From positions 102,176,001 to 102,240,000 of the forward strand of contig NC_059430.1 of the NCBI RefSeq assembly GCF_021028975.2: a stretch of 64,000 bases of DNA. Reading direction: 5' to 3'. Source of the DNA: Sphaerodactylus townsendi (taxonomy: Eukaryota). A model generated the notes under the pieces. The model had not been told where the DNA came from, did not search any database, and saw only the letters and a list, made by a program, of their open reading frames with translations. The translations under genes and the position numbers were made by a program. Positions 13,201 to 26,809 of the stretch are shown here, one piece after another. Every line of letters begins with the position of its first letter. Position 1 is the stretch's first letter.

Positions 13201-16200
13201 TTTCTGCCTTAGATTTTTGCATTTTATAAGACCAGAGATCCTTCTGAAACCCAATCAAGGATGTATTGTACTCCAAGAGTCGCTGTTGCGTGGTTGGTAA
13301 AAACAACTGGATGGAACGGCTGTGCCATCTTCTGTGGGACTTCCACTTTCCTTCTGACTCAGGGTTGTTGTGCATGTTGTCTAAGCATAACCAAGTTAAT
13401 GAGGAGCTGGTGGAATGCATGGTTGGCAGGAGGTGTGCATCTTCCCATCCTTCTCCCTTTCCCTTTACTTCATGTGGGAATTCTGTATTGTGGTTGTTTG
13501 TGCAGTCTGTCTTGTTTTTAGGCACTGTGGTACTTGCATGTCTGTCACTCCCGGTGTTCCCCCTCTTGCTCTCCATTGATCTTTCTGTGGAACGGTGCAG
13601 CTGCTTCGTTATTTCTGCTGCCTTCGCTGCTTCGCTGCTTTTGATGGGTGTCCGAAATGTCTCAGTGATGCCACACATGCCTGGCTAGATTGAGCTGCAA
13701 AGTGCCATGACCTTGTAAAACCAAAAATTTACTCTACCCCTAATTTTGCTTTGTGATATTAAGCATTTGGTGAATTCCTTTATTCCCTTGGGGAATCTGC
13801 TCTCTAGCACAGATTTGACTTAGAAGTCTGAGACATCCTTGGACGTTGGGGTGCATAAGGACAACTCCTTTTTCTTGTGGCTTCTTCAGTTCTGACTTTA
13901 ATCTCTCCCCCCACCCCTCCTCTTTTGTTTTTAGGGAACTGAGATTATCGCAGGAGTGCTAGACCTTGGCACCATGGAAGTCCTTCCTGTTTTTGGCGCC
14001 ATGCAGAAAGGTCTCATAGACCAAGAAACAGGCCTGATCCTGTTGGAGGCTCAGGTGATCACGGATGGCCTAGTGGTTCCTGATACCAACGAGAAGCTCT
14101 CTTTAGCTGAGGGGCTGGCAAGAGGCCTGATAGACTGTAGAACCCATCAGATACTCTGGGAACTGCAAGATGTCCTCCAGTTGGTCAACAAAGCTGACTT
14201 AACAGGGAAGCCACGTCTTCCTCTTATGGCCCTCATGGAGGATGGCATGATTAGTGAGAGCATTGGGCTGAAAATCTCAGAAGTCCAGCTTGTCACCGGG
14301 GGTTTTATGGACTCTTCCAGCCATGGGAGAATTGGGCTAGAAGAGGCGCTTCAAAGAGGCCTTGTCACCACTGGCTTTCACAGGAAACTGACATCACACT
14401 TGAGCTCTTGCCGGGACTTGATCGATCCCAATTCAGCCAGGAAAATTAGCTTGAACGACCTGATGCACCAGTGCATTCTTCACCAGGAGACGGGACTGAG
14501 GTTGCTGCCCATCAGACAGCTGCCGGGAGGGATGGTGAGCTTGAAATCAGGAAGCAAAGTTAGCATATTCCGTGCCGTTCAAGAAGGCTTAATAGAGAAG
14601 CAAGTGACAATGAGGCTGCTGGAAGCCCAGTTGTTTGCTGGGGGCATTGTGGACCCCAAAAGCGGCCACCGTTTGACAGTGGATGAGGCCATAAGACATA
14701 ATTTGATTGATGAAGATCTAGCATGTGCCCTTCTAGTTAGGCAACTTCAGACAGGTGGCATTATTGATACAATAACAGGGGAGAGATTGTTGCTAGATGA
14801 TGCGGTAAGGAAAGGTTTTGTAGCGCCCAGAATTGCTGTAGTGATCCTGGAATCTCTTTGGTCATTTATGGGTCTTCTGTGGCCTGAGTCAGGTGAGATT
14901 CTCCCTGTTGTGGATGCCTTGGAGCAAGGTATCCTGTCATCTGAGTTAGCCCATAAGATTCTTAGCAGGAGACATTGCATCAAAGCGCTTTATCTCCCTG
15001 AAACTAGAGAAATATTGCCCTGGAAGAAAGCTGTGGATTGTGGGATCCTGAGCAGAGATACCGCCAAGAAACTGAAGTCAGTCTGCCTTCCTGACATGAT
15101 GCCAAAGATTCCTGTGTCAGACTCCCCATCTAGGAACAAAAGAAGCCTCCTTTCCTCTGGCATCCAAATGGACCATGAAGACCAAAGTAAGTTTCCACTA
15201 AGAACAAGTGAAGAAAATATGTTATTTTATTTGATGACACACAGTTACGTCAACGTTCACAATGGTCAGAAATTGCTTCTGGTCGATGGAGAATTAGACG
15301 ACTTTTCTGAAATGCTTGCACCAGACCAGAAAAATGGCAGTGACGCTCACCTATTTGAAGCTAGCAAAATCCACCCCTCAAAACTGGATAGTCATGAAGA
15401 GGATAAAAGGATAATTTTAGGAGCCAAAGTCTGTGATGAATTAGCTTCAAAGGCTCTCAAGCCTTCTTTGGATATACTAGAAAAAGAGTCAAACATTTCT
15501 CTACCTAATGAAAGGGCAGGGATGGAAGATGCTGGAGAAGGCGTGAATGCGAAGAATCAGGAGAGAGAAGCTGCAGAAGATTTTAAGAGTGAAATGAATG
15601 AGTTAAACATTTGCCTACCTAACGAAAAGATAGAGATGGAAGACGCTGGCGAAAATAGGAATGGGAAAAGGGAAGCTGTTGCTACAGGAGACTTCAAGAG
15701 TGAAATGGATGATTCCAAAAGAGAACAAGACCGAATGATTCCCCAGAATGATGAAGCAGAAATATCAGAGTACATGTTCATAAAGGACTCTGCTATTGAA
15801 ACACAACCCAAAGATACAGGAATCGCCAAAGGAGGCCCAAAGTTTGCAAAACCGTCAGTAAGAGAAAAGGTGGTTTTCAGAACTCAAACAAGAATCCCTG
15901 AAATGGAGGGAAATAGTAAGACTGAGGATTCTAGTGTGTTCACTGATGTTTTGGAGAAGGTGGAGGAATTACCGTACTTGAAAGAGAAAATTCTGGATAA
16001 GGCGACTTTTCCAACAAAAGATGGAGATTGCGAGGCTGCCCATTTCTTGAACCTGAAAGTCGAGAATGGATCACCGGAAGCCCTCGTCAACAAAGCTGAA
16101 GGAAAATGCTCAGAGGAATGTGTTGAAGAACGATTGTCAGGTGTAAGAGAAGAGTCAGTTCGTTTCCATAACATTGAGAGTTCTGAGTCACCAGAACTAT

Positions 16201-19200
16201 CCCCAGGAATGGGAAGAGACAGTACTCTGAAGATGCTGTTAACACAGCTCCAGGATGGTGGGATCATTCATGAGCAGACAGGCAGGAAGATGCTTCTGGA
16301 CGAGTCTATTGCCTGTGGTATTGTACCTAGCCATACAGCTGTCAAATTGATGGGGGCGATGCAGATGTTTGGTGGCTTCTTCGATGCACAGACTTGCGAA
16401 TCATTAACCACAGAAGAAGTCATTGGTGAAGGGCTGATGGATGAGAAATTGCTTCAGAAGGTGCTGGCCTCTGACCAAGCCATCAGCGGTGTCGTAGATC
16501 CACTCACCAAAACCCTATACTCTGTCAAGGATGCGTCTGAGGTTGGCCTCTTGGACAAGGAAACAGCTGTAAGACTTCTGGAAGGTCAGGTGGTCTCTGG
16601 TGGCATCGTTGACATCAAACGCGGCAAGAAGGTCTCTGTCACGTTGGCTTCCAACCTTGGCCTGATACATCCGTCCAGTCAGGAGGACCTTAAGAAGTTA
16701 GAGAAAGCATCTAAGGGGAAAGGAGCCCAAGATGCAACCCAAGAGAAACTGATAGCTTTGCAGATTGAAATGTGTGGCATCTTGGACCCACAAACTAAAA
16801 ATCCTTTGACAGTTATCCAGGCAGTAGATAAAGGTCTCCTGAGTAAGGAGAAAGTCTTTCAGCTGTTGACCAAGCAGATGGCTGAAGGAGGAATCCTTCA
16901 CCACAAGACAGGCATGAGGCTTTCATTAGAGGATGCCATGGAGCATGGATTGATTGGCAGGGACTTGTACGAAGAACTCAAAAAGGCAGAAAGTGTGTGT
17001 CTGCACCAGTATACTCATCCAAAAATAAAGAAACGGGCGTCCTTAACTGAGACCACATCTCTGGGACTAATTAGTCCAGATTTTCAAAGCAAAGTGCAAG
17101 AAATACAAGCCTCAACTGGAAGTATGTTTGACCCTGTTTCCTGCCAGAAAATTACTTTGACTGAAGCTGTGAAGGAAGGATTATTGCCCAAATCAGTGAT
17201 GGAAAACGCCATACTGTCTTCTGGAATGAAGCGTGCAGTCGTTCACCCAGACAGCTGTAGATTGGTCCCCTATTCGCAGTTGGTTAGGAAGAGTAAAATC
17301 GACATTGAATCAGGGCAGAGGTATTTGGAGGTGGTTCCATTTCAAGAACTGAAAGATGAAGTTACTGGAGATATAATTCCATGTGCTCAGGCAGTGAAGC
17401 TGGGGAAGGTAGATCCCATGGTTGCTTTGAGGTTGCTGCAGGCTCAAGCAGACACTGGTGGCATCATGGACATTTTCACGGGCCAGAGATTATCTCTGGC
17501 ATCTGCTCTGGAACAAGAAGTGATGGATGAAGATATGACTGCAGCCATTGCAGCAAATCAGCTGTTGGATGGAGGGATAGTTGATGCTGAGAGTGGAGGC
17601 AGAATAGCATTGAAAGTGGCTATTGAGAAAGGCATCGTCAGCAAAAGGCTAGCCAGTAAAGTTCAAGAAATTGTGCAACACACCCCTGATCAATCTGAGC
17701 ACGAAGACGTGGGTGAATGTGACGATTACCAGATGTTGATACAAAATGGTACTTCAAAGATGGAAGCTTTGACCGTCTGTAATTATGATGCAAAGAGTAA
17801 CAATGAGAAATTGGGAGTGGCATCTGAAGCAGCAGACTATGGCACAAATGAAGATGCCCTTAAAGATTCGTTGAAAGGAATTCAGGAGGCGTCCAAAGAG
17901 ATGGGCCAAGCTGTGCCACATCCTGTCCCACTTACTTCAACTTTAGACGGTTTAGCTAGCCAGCTTTTAGGAGGAAGCGAGCTGGCCCCAGAGCTCTCCT
18001 CAATGTTGGACCCAGAGGCCATGAGAAGGACCCAGAAAAAAAATAGCGGGAGGAAAAGCAGGTTGAGGGGGAAAGAACCCCGGAAAGGGGAGATAGAAAA
18101 GCAAGGCAAAGGAGATCGAGCGATAGAAAAGAAACTAGAAAGAATTGTGTCTCTGGAGAAGTCTGAAATGGGTGGGATGAGGAATGTGGCAGTTAATGGG
18201 GATCGAGAGCAAAGGGAGGTGGCATTTGTGGGAGACAGTGGAGATCAGCAAGGGTGTGATACTGCAGCTCTTGTAGCACAGGGAGGTATGCTGTTGGAAT
18301 CCCTGGAGGTGTTGGGATCGATGGAGCTCAATTTGGCAGGTCATAGAAGGGGAGAAGAAGGTTGCGTGAATGTGAAGGAACTGGTCACTGTTCCAAAATC
18401 AAAATCAAAGAAGCAGAGCTCAGGAAAAGTACCAGTTGCTGATACAAAGACTGAACAACTGACCCCAGGATTTGAAGCCCTGGGTACTCATATCTGTTCT
18501 GAAATTGATCTTAAAACTACCAAAAAGAGGAAAATGAAAAAGACCAGAAAGGAGGTTTCTGTCCCAACAGAACCAGTGTTGTTGTGTGAATCTTCTCAAG
18601 AGAAACGATCCTTTCCTGTACCAGGTTCTGAGGAAGTTTTGACAAAAATAGTCAAAGAACCATTGATCTCTGAGATTCAGAAATCCATCATGGAGAATAT
18701 ATCTGGAAGTGGGGCAAGAGATCTGGTCACCCAAGATCAATCTGCTACTCGTGAGAAGGACAATAATGAGACTTTTGAAAGAGAACAGAGACAGGTTGAA
18801 GAGAAAGAAGACATTGCAAATACTCTGAAAGTGAGCACTCCTCCAAAGAAAGACACACCCAGGGAGTTGACTGAACAAGGCACGAGAATTGATCACAAGT
18901 CGTTGATGGGAGCAGTAGAGGTCCTTGAACCAAGAGCATCTCGAGAAAAAGATAAGGAATCGCTTCTACCAAAAGATGACCAGGTCCCCAGCACAATTGC
19001 CATGGGTGATTCAGAACCCCTCGAGGCAAGGAAACAAGCCCTGCAAAACAGAGAGATCACCAAGGACAAGCCAAGTTCTTGTCCTTTTATTCCACCACCC
19101 ATACAAGAGCATACAAACCAGGAGATAACTAGAGATGATGAGAGATGTGATGTTCCAGGGCAGAGCATGGCTGCTGAGGCAGAGGAGACATGGCAGATGT

Positions 19201-22200
19201 GCCCTGATGGAGGCCAGTGGTCTGGACTGACGATGGAGATGCTTCGAGAGAGAGGGCTTCTAAGACACGAGAGAGATGTTTCCAAAAATGTCGCTGCTCA
19301 ACAGAATGCAGACCTGGAAGTGACCCGAGAGAGCAGCCCACCTGGCACGATCAGAGGAATAGAAGAGAGATGTCAAGTTGCCTCCAAGCAGTCTTCCAAA
19401 CCTGCTAAGGTAGGTAGCTTTATTAAAATTAATCTAATGAATGCATTTTTGGTGGGCTGGATAGGTGGCCAATGTGAAAACATATTTTGGACATACACAG
19501 GCAGGTGTCACACTTGGGCCTCCATCCTTGGGTGCACCCTAATTTTCATCATCCTTCTCACTTGTTTGGCACCCTGAGAAGTCAGGCCAGCTGTGAAGAA
19601 ACAGGCAGAAGGGCCAGGGTGGGTGGAAGCCTAAACTCCCTAATTCAGGTTGGTCTTCCTGCCTGTCTGTGTCTCCTCCAGATATGGGAAGAATGCTTGC
19701 TCAGCATATCTGTCATAGTGATGGTCAGGTCTCTTCCTAATTATTTTGATTACAGATGTCACGTGTAGGTAGGGTTATTAATTTCCAGGTGGGGCCTGAA
19801 GATCTCTCAGAAGTATGACTAATCACCAGGCTACAGAGATCAGTTTCCCTGGAGAAAATGGCTGCTTTAGTGGGTAGACCCTATGGAATTGTACTCCACT
19901 GAGGTCCATCCCCACCCCAAGCCCCATCTCCCCTGACTTTACCCCCAGATCTTCAGGAATTTCCCATCACAGACCTGGCAGACTTACATGTTACTGAGAA
20001 ATTTAAGAACCAAAATGGAAATGCTGAAGGTTTCTTCCATCCAGGGATGGGATTTTGTGGTTTCTCCCTCATTGGTGCTGATACAGTTAAAGTGCAGCAG
20101 CAATGGGGTCTCTGGTTTCCCCTCTGCCTGCCCCTTCACAAAAAGATCTTTACAAATCTAAATGTCAGCCAAAGCCAAAAGAAAAGTCTTAATCAGATGT
20201 TGGGAAGAAGAAGAGTTTGCATTTATATCCCCCCTTTCTCTCCTGTAGGAGACTCAAAGGGGCTTGCAATCTCCTTGCCCTTTCCCCCTCACAACAAACA
20301 GCCTGTGAGGTGGGTGGGGCTGAGAGAGCTCCGAAAAGCTGTGACTAGCCCAAGGTCACCCAGCTGGCATGTGTTGGAGTGCACAGGCTAATCTGAATTC
20401 CCCAGATAAGCCTCCACAGCTCAAGCGGCAGAGCGGGAAATCAAACCCGGTTCCTCCAGATGAGAATGCACCTGCTCTTAACCACTATGCCACTGCTGAA
20501 GCTAATAACAAAGTTCTGTGAACCACTCTTAAAAGAGAATTCCACAAGATAGTGGCTACTTTCGAGGAAGTTCTGCTCCTTTTTCTTTTGATTTTTTTAA
20601 AAAAACAAAATTTTTGTGAAATATTGTTTTTAAAATTGGTATCACAGAGCAAAAATCAAATAAATTGTCCAGCTCTTACATTAAGGATCCGTGGGTAAAA
20701 GTTTCTAGGGCTCCTGTCCAAATTTTTTTTGAGATTGACTAGTATGGTAAGCAGAACAGAAACAGAACAATCTGCAGTTTGTGTTTTGTGTCTTCCACTG
20801 CTCAGGCTCTTTACCGCAAACAACTTTGCCTGGATTGTGATGAGAAACTGGTTGCCTTGCTGTCCAGGGTGCGCAATATTGAGATGCAAATCCAGCAGGG
20901 CCAGCTTGCAGAGAGGAGCGTAGCGGCACGGCAGGAATTGCTACCCCAGGCTGTGGTAAGAGGGATCCTATCTTAGAACAAATTCTGCCTCTGGCGTCTA
21001 TTAAATGGGCGTGCTACTGGAAGGGGGGAGGGAAGCATCCCCTTGGTTTCCATACTGTAAAATGGTGGTGAACCTTTTGCACTCCAGATGTTATGGACTA
21101 CAATTCCCATCAGCCCCTGCCAGCATGGTCAATTGGCCATGCCGGCAGGGGCTGATGGGAATTGTAGTCCGTAACATCTGGATTGCCAAAGGTTCGCCAC
21201 CATTGATCTAGGTGAAGGACTGGGTATTATGATGACGTGTTTAGCCCATGTGGGGTGAGAAAACAGCCCCACCATAATTATGTGGGCTAAGAAAATATGT
21301 TGTACTTCTGTTGTTTCTCACAAGAATGTGTAGTTTTTGCAGATCATTAATCTCCATGGCAGTCTGTTTCCACAGTGTTATGTGTATTGTATTGTTGGGT
21401 CAAAAGTATGTGGATTGCCCAAGGTTACTCAGGGAACTGATGCCCTTGTTGAGTCTAGGACCTCAGTCTCCTGGCCACTGGATCACAATATCGTGTTTGA
21501 TTCTTTCTTGATTCAGCTGTTTGGCACTGGTCCATTTTCATGCTTGGCCAGTGACAGAGGTGTGAAAGCCGTGGAGTCTACTGTTTGGACTGAATCAGAA
21601 GAATTTGGCTGGGGCTGAGCAACTCTGGAGACAGGCAGAGGGAGTGTTAGGATTTAATTTGTTGCGGCCTTGGCAGCCTTTTTAGGTTTGCTTGTGTTTT
21701 GGTTGAACTAAAAACGTCTTGCCTTTTAGGCCTTGGACACAGAGCTGAAGAGCCTGTCAGCTCCAGTGAATCAGGAGCTGGAAGAAGTGAAAGGAATTGT
21801 GTCCAACCCTCCTCCTGAGATCCCTGAGCAACTTCTGAGGGCTTTGGAGAAAGATGCCAAGAACCTTCAGAAGTTTTTTGGCTCCGTGAGCGAGATCTCG
21901 GCCTCTTGGCTGCTAAACCTTCGCACTGCAGCAGAAGCTGAAAAGGTACCGCCTGTCTTATAATTCAGTCCTCAAGGGTTATGCTTTCTAAAGCCAGGAA
22001 CACCAGAACAGGGGTGTCCAATTGGCCATGCTGGCAGGGGCTGATGGGGATCATAGTCCATGAACATCTGCAGTGCCAGAGTTGGACACCCCTGCAGTAG
22101 AGTTTTTCAAAAGGGACTCCAATTCTCTAGAACACAAATGCTTTGTGAAATGCAGGGTTCTTCTTAACTGTCTCCTGATGGGGACAAGTTCTGCTTTTGC

Positions 22201-25200
22201 CTTTAATGTATGCATCTGAATTTAAGGATATTTGAAGACTGGAAAAGTGGGTGATTCTCCCCCTCCCCCATGTTTTGTTGCCTGTGTGACAAAGATGTTT
22301 TTGTGGAAAACATCTTCGTATATGAGGTTGCCAACCTCCAGGGGGAGCCTGGCGCTCCCCTGGAATTATAATTTATGTCAGGGATTATCATTATAATTCA
22401 GATGACAGAGATCAGTTCCCTTGGAGAAAATGAGTGCTTTGATGGGTGGACTCTATTGCATCATACCCCACTTCTCCCAAAACTCTGCTTTCCCTCGGTT
22501 CTACCACCAAATCTCCAGAAATTTCCCAATTCAGAGTTGGCAATCCTATCCTTATGGCAATTATTACACATTCGGTGCATTGAATAACTATTTGGGTGTA
22601 GCTTTTTTCCCCGAAGTTGTTCACTTGGTTTAAACTTCATGTGAACTCATTCACAAGAGAACTTGCTCGCAGGAACTTGAGGTGTGTGTGTTTTTGCTTC
22701 AAAAAGAGGCCTCGTTTGGATCCGTCGTCTGATGCCTGCCAGCTGAAATGGTTGACATGTTTGGCTAACCTTCTGTTCACATTTTAAAGCATTTGGCCAA
22801 CCTCTTGTCTGCATTCTGTGGTTTTAATGATGCCCTCTGCTTTTGTTTTGAGGCCAATGTTTTAATGCAGCATGAAGAGCTCCAGAGCAGACTTCAGGAG
22901 CTGCTAAACTGGGTGTCTGACACCAGCCACATGCTCAGCCATCTTGAATCTCACATCATGACCGGTGCCGACAGCTTGAACTCTTGCCTTCAATGCTACA
23001 AGGTAGTTAAAGCAACACTGGATGCTATTTGCTAAGCGTGACTGGTGGGGCTACAACTCCTCCTGTGGAAGGAAAGTTATTTAATCCCTTCCATTTCCTT
23101 GATCTCTTGTGGGTGTCTCTGTTGTGGTTAGGGGCTTTAATCTCTGTGCTCTGTCACAGGGGGAGTAGAATACCTGCCAGCTACCTGTAATCTACAAAAA
23201 GCACATTTTTATAAGACAGCTTCCCAAAATCATTCCGGTGCTGTACTCATCCTTCAAATTGTAGCTGTCAATGAAAGGGATTGCCTGGGAGGGGTTCATC
23301 CGAGTAGAGGCTGCTTGATATTGATAACCAGTGTGTTATAGTGGTTAGAGTGTTGGGCTGGGATCTGGGAGACCTGAATTCAAATCTCAACTCTGCCATG
23401 GAAGCTTCAGGGTGTCATGGGGCCTGACATTCATCTCTCCACCTATCCTATCTTTGCAAGGGTGGTTGTGTTGTAAGGCCAAAATAGAGGAGGAAATCAT
23501 GATGTTGAAATCTCTCTTGAGTCCTTACTGGGGAGAAAAACTGAGTTATAAATAATATTTCAGGCAACCACCCATGGCATCTTGATCGGCCCAATTAGGT
23601 GCCAGCATCTTCAGATTCAGATGCAATGTTTCTGGACATTTTGATGAGTGAAAGGGACCACATTGAGAAGAAGGAGGAGGAGAAGAAGAGTTGGATTTAT
23701 ATCCCCCCTTTCTCTCCTGAATGAGACTCGAAGGGGCTTACAAATTCCTTTCCCTTCCCCCCTCACAACAAACACTCTGTAAGGTAAATGCAGTTGAGAG
23801 AACCCAGAAGAACTGTGACTAGCCCAAGGACACCCAGCTGGCATGTGTTGGTGTGTACAGACTGAATTCCCCAGATAAGCCTCCACAGCTCAGGCGGCAG
23901 AGCGGGGAATCAAACCCGGTTCCTCCAGATTAGAGTACAGATTAGGCTTTACCTTCTCCTCCACCCTTTTCTCTTTCCACCTCATACCTCATCTTTCCTT
24001 TCTTTTCTGTATCTCCTGGGCTTTTAGCAAGAATCTGTTTTTATTTAACACCCTTACTACCCTGTTTCACTTCCAGCATTGTTGTAGTGGCTAAGAGTAG
24101 TGGACACTTATCTGGTGCACTGAATTTGTTTCCCGCTCCTCACATGAAGCTCACTGGATGACTTTGGGCTAGTCACATTTCTCTCAAAACTCTCTCAGCC
24201 CCACCTACCTCACAAGGTATCTGTTGTGGGAAGAGGAAGGAAAGGAGCTTGAAAGCCACTTTGAAACTCCTTAAAGAACAGAAAGACCAAACTCTTCTTC
24301 TCTTTGCATCTTGCAGGGCTTTTTGCTGGGTTGTGAGTGTGTAGGTAGGAGGTCTCAAAGGGAGGTGATGTCTGATAGCAAGTGACAGGCCTCCCATTCA
24401 TCTAGGTTTCTACCCTTCTAAGCAACATTTCCTGTGGGAGACACTGCAATTGTATGTGACATATTGTGATTGTGATAAGTGATAGTCTGACCTTAAAGTC
24501 TGACCTTAAAGCGTGACCTAATATTTTTGCCTTATGATGGCTAGCCCAGGCAAGCCCTATCTCATCAGCATTCAGAAGCTAGGCAAGTGTCAGCAGTAGT
24601 TAGTACTTGGATGGAAGACCACCAAGGAAGTCCAGGGTTGTTAATAGAGGCAGGCAATGGCAAACCACTTCTGAACATCTCATCTCTTGCTTTGGAAGTT
24701 CTGTGGGGTAAGCATAAGTTAGCTGTGAAAAGTTAGGTAAATATTAGGTTAAAAAATTGGGCGGAGGGGATAGTAACCCCAACAAAATATTCCAACTTTG
24801 AGTATAATATTGAGGAGTACAAGGGATGTTTTGGATGAGAGAACACCGACTGCTTCTAGTATCTTTGGCATATGTAAACTCTGCCAGCAGAACAGATTGG
24901 AAGCAAAGCGTAACTCTTCCAGCCTGCAGCATGTCCTCAGTCGGGTTCAATTCCAAGACACTGTGACCCTCTCTCAGTGCCACATGATCCCTGAATTCAA
25001 CCTGCAGATTGACTCCAAATAGTTTTCTTCCCTTTTCTCTAGCTCTAATTGTCCCCTTCGGAAAACTTTATTCCATCCAAATATTTTTCTGAAAGTCCTT
25101 GGCAGCTCATTCAAACATGCATAGAGTCAGCAATCTGCTGTCTGTGTGCCTCTGTTGCTGGGGCTTTCCAAACCTTGTGGACATGGTGACGTCAAAAGAA

Positions 25201-26778
25201 CGGAGTTTTGAGAAAGCAGGATTTGATCGCTGTTGACAGATGATAGCCCTAATCAGAAGCCAAACTATATTGTCCTTTTCATGCAAGGGAACTGTGAGGA
25301 GTGCATCGGAGTGTTATGGCAATGATTCAGCCCCATTGACTTGTGTTTTTTCTCTTTTGTCTTTTTCTCCCTGTTGATGTGAGCAGGAGCTGAAAAAACC
25401 TCTTGCGGATACCAAAGCTCAGCTTGATGCGGCCGCCTTTGACATCCAATTCTTCATTTCTGACCACGCTCAAGACTTGATGCCCGAGCAAAGCAGACAG
25501 CTGTTGAGGCTGCTCAATGAACTGCAGGGGTCTTTCCGGGACCTTTCGGAGCAAGTGGCCGCCAGGGTGGAGGTCCTGCAGGTCTGTCTCCAGCAAGCGG
25601 AGCAGACAGATCAGGTGACGGTGGTGGAGCAGCAGACTCTAGTGTGTCCGATTTAACAGGGAGCAGTAGTTTTTTTTGGGAGGGGGATATTTCTTTTTAA
25701 TGAAGTCTGCACCATCTTTGCCCAATTTTCAATGTTTATCCCAGTACAATTAGTGTACGAATTCACAGAGCTTTGGTTTTCCATCCTTTATTTTTTTTGG
25801 TGGTGGTGGTGGTGGTCATTTTTCCCCTAAGGAAACGCCTTTGGTTTTTTAAAAGGAAATTGCATTTCAACCAGCTTTCTCCTGTCTGATTTTTGCAAAA
25901 TATTGATCTGTGTTTAATGGCCCGCTCCCTTCTTCTACTGCCCTGTCAAGAGTAGGAGTGGGAAAGACGTGGAGGAAAAATGAGAACTGACACAGCTAGG
26001 CTCAAATGTGAACCAAGGTTCTCAGTTCTTTCCACTGTGATGACATTTAGGCATGCAAACATAAAGGATGACATTCAAGTAGGGTACAGGTCTGCCACTT
26101 TATAATAATATATGAAATAACTCTTGGGGTTGACTGCAGTTTGCCCAAGATTTTAAGCATAACGTGTTACTGTCAGTATTGATACCATTCTTAGAAATTA
26201 GATTGCGAGACTACTTCTGCTTCTCAGAAAATAGTGAGTTCAGAATGTGTCCTGGAGACTTGGGTCTGCTTCTTGACAGTGAATAGGATGTAAGTGTAAA
26301 GGGGCTGTGGTGCTCTAACCTGTTCGCTGTCCTGCAAGCCCATTGATCCTTGGGGTTCCAGTAATTTGGGGAGCCTCAGAGAGTAACCAGTTTAAGTTTG
26401 TAGTGTAGAAGCTGTACCAATACTGAGGAATCTGACTTTCTTGGAGGACTGATTTGAAAATGGAGAGCCAAGCTTGGAACCCCACACCTGCACACACATT
26501 CATGCTTGGGCACCAGATTGGGATGAGGAGGCATCAGCTGCTGGTCCCTGAATTGTATATTTCAAACATCTGGCGAGCTCTGCCCCCTTTGAATAATGGA
26601 TACTTGCAGGGAGGGGGAGTGTGCATATTGTTCCTCTTTGCTTGCTCAGCAATCTTGCTCTTCCAGTCCACCTAACTGCCTGCATGCCCCTTGCGCTCTC
26701 TTTCTTCCAGACACTATTAATACCGAGTCACGTTTTGATTAACAGTTATCATGCTGTAATGTTGTGCCCATTCTGCTT

Positions 26779-26809
<31 letters not shown>

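Noticed and set aside
13139-13688. Overlapping 179-aa (-) and 140-aa (+) ORFs
   Set aside because: No domain similarity or splice support; composition reflects UG/pyrimidine-rich intron
15887-15900. TRIP as an EB1-binding SxIP motif
   Set aside because: Followed by acidic residues (EME), which is unfavourable; likely chance
14747-19341. Antisense ORFs over coding exons (also 55917-56333 and 57733-58695)
   Set aside because: Shadow ORFs of MACF1 codon usage
19410-19577. Hydrophobic, transmembrane-like C-terminus of the 1873-aa ORF
   Set aside because: It lies beyond the strong aag|gtaggt donor, so it is intron read-through; no evidence for intron retention
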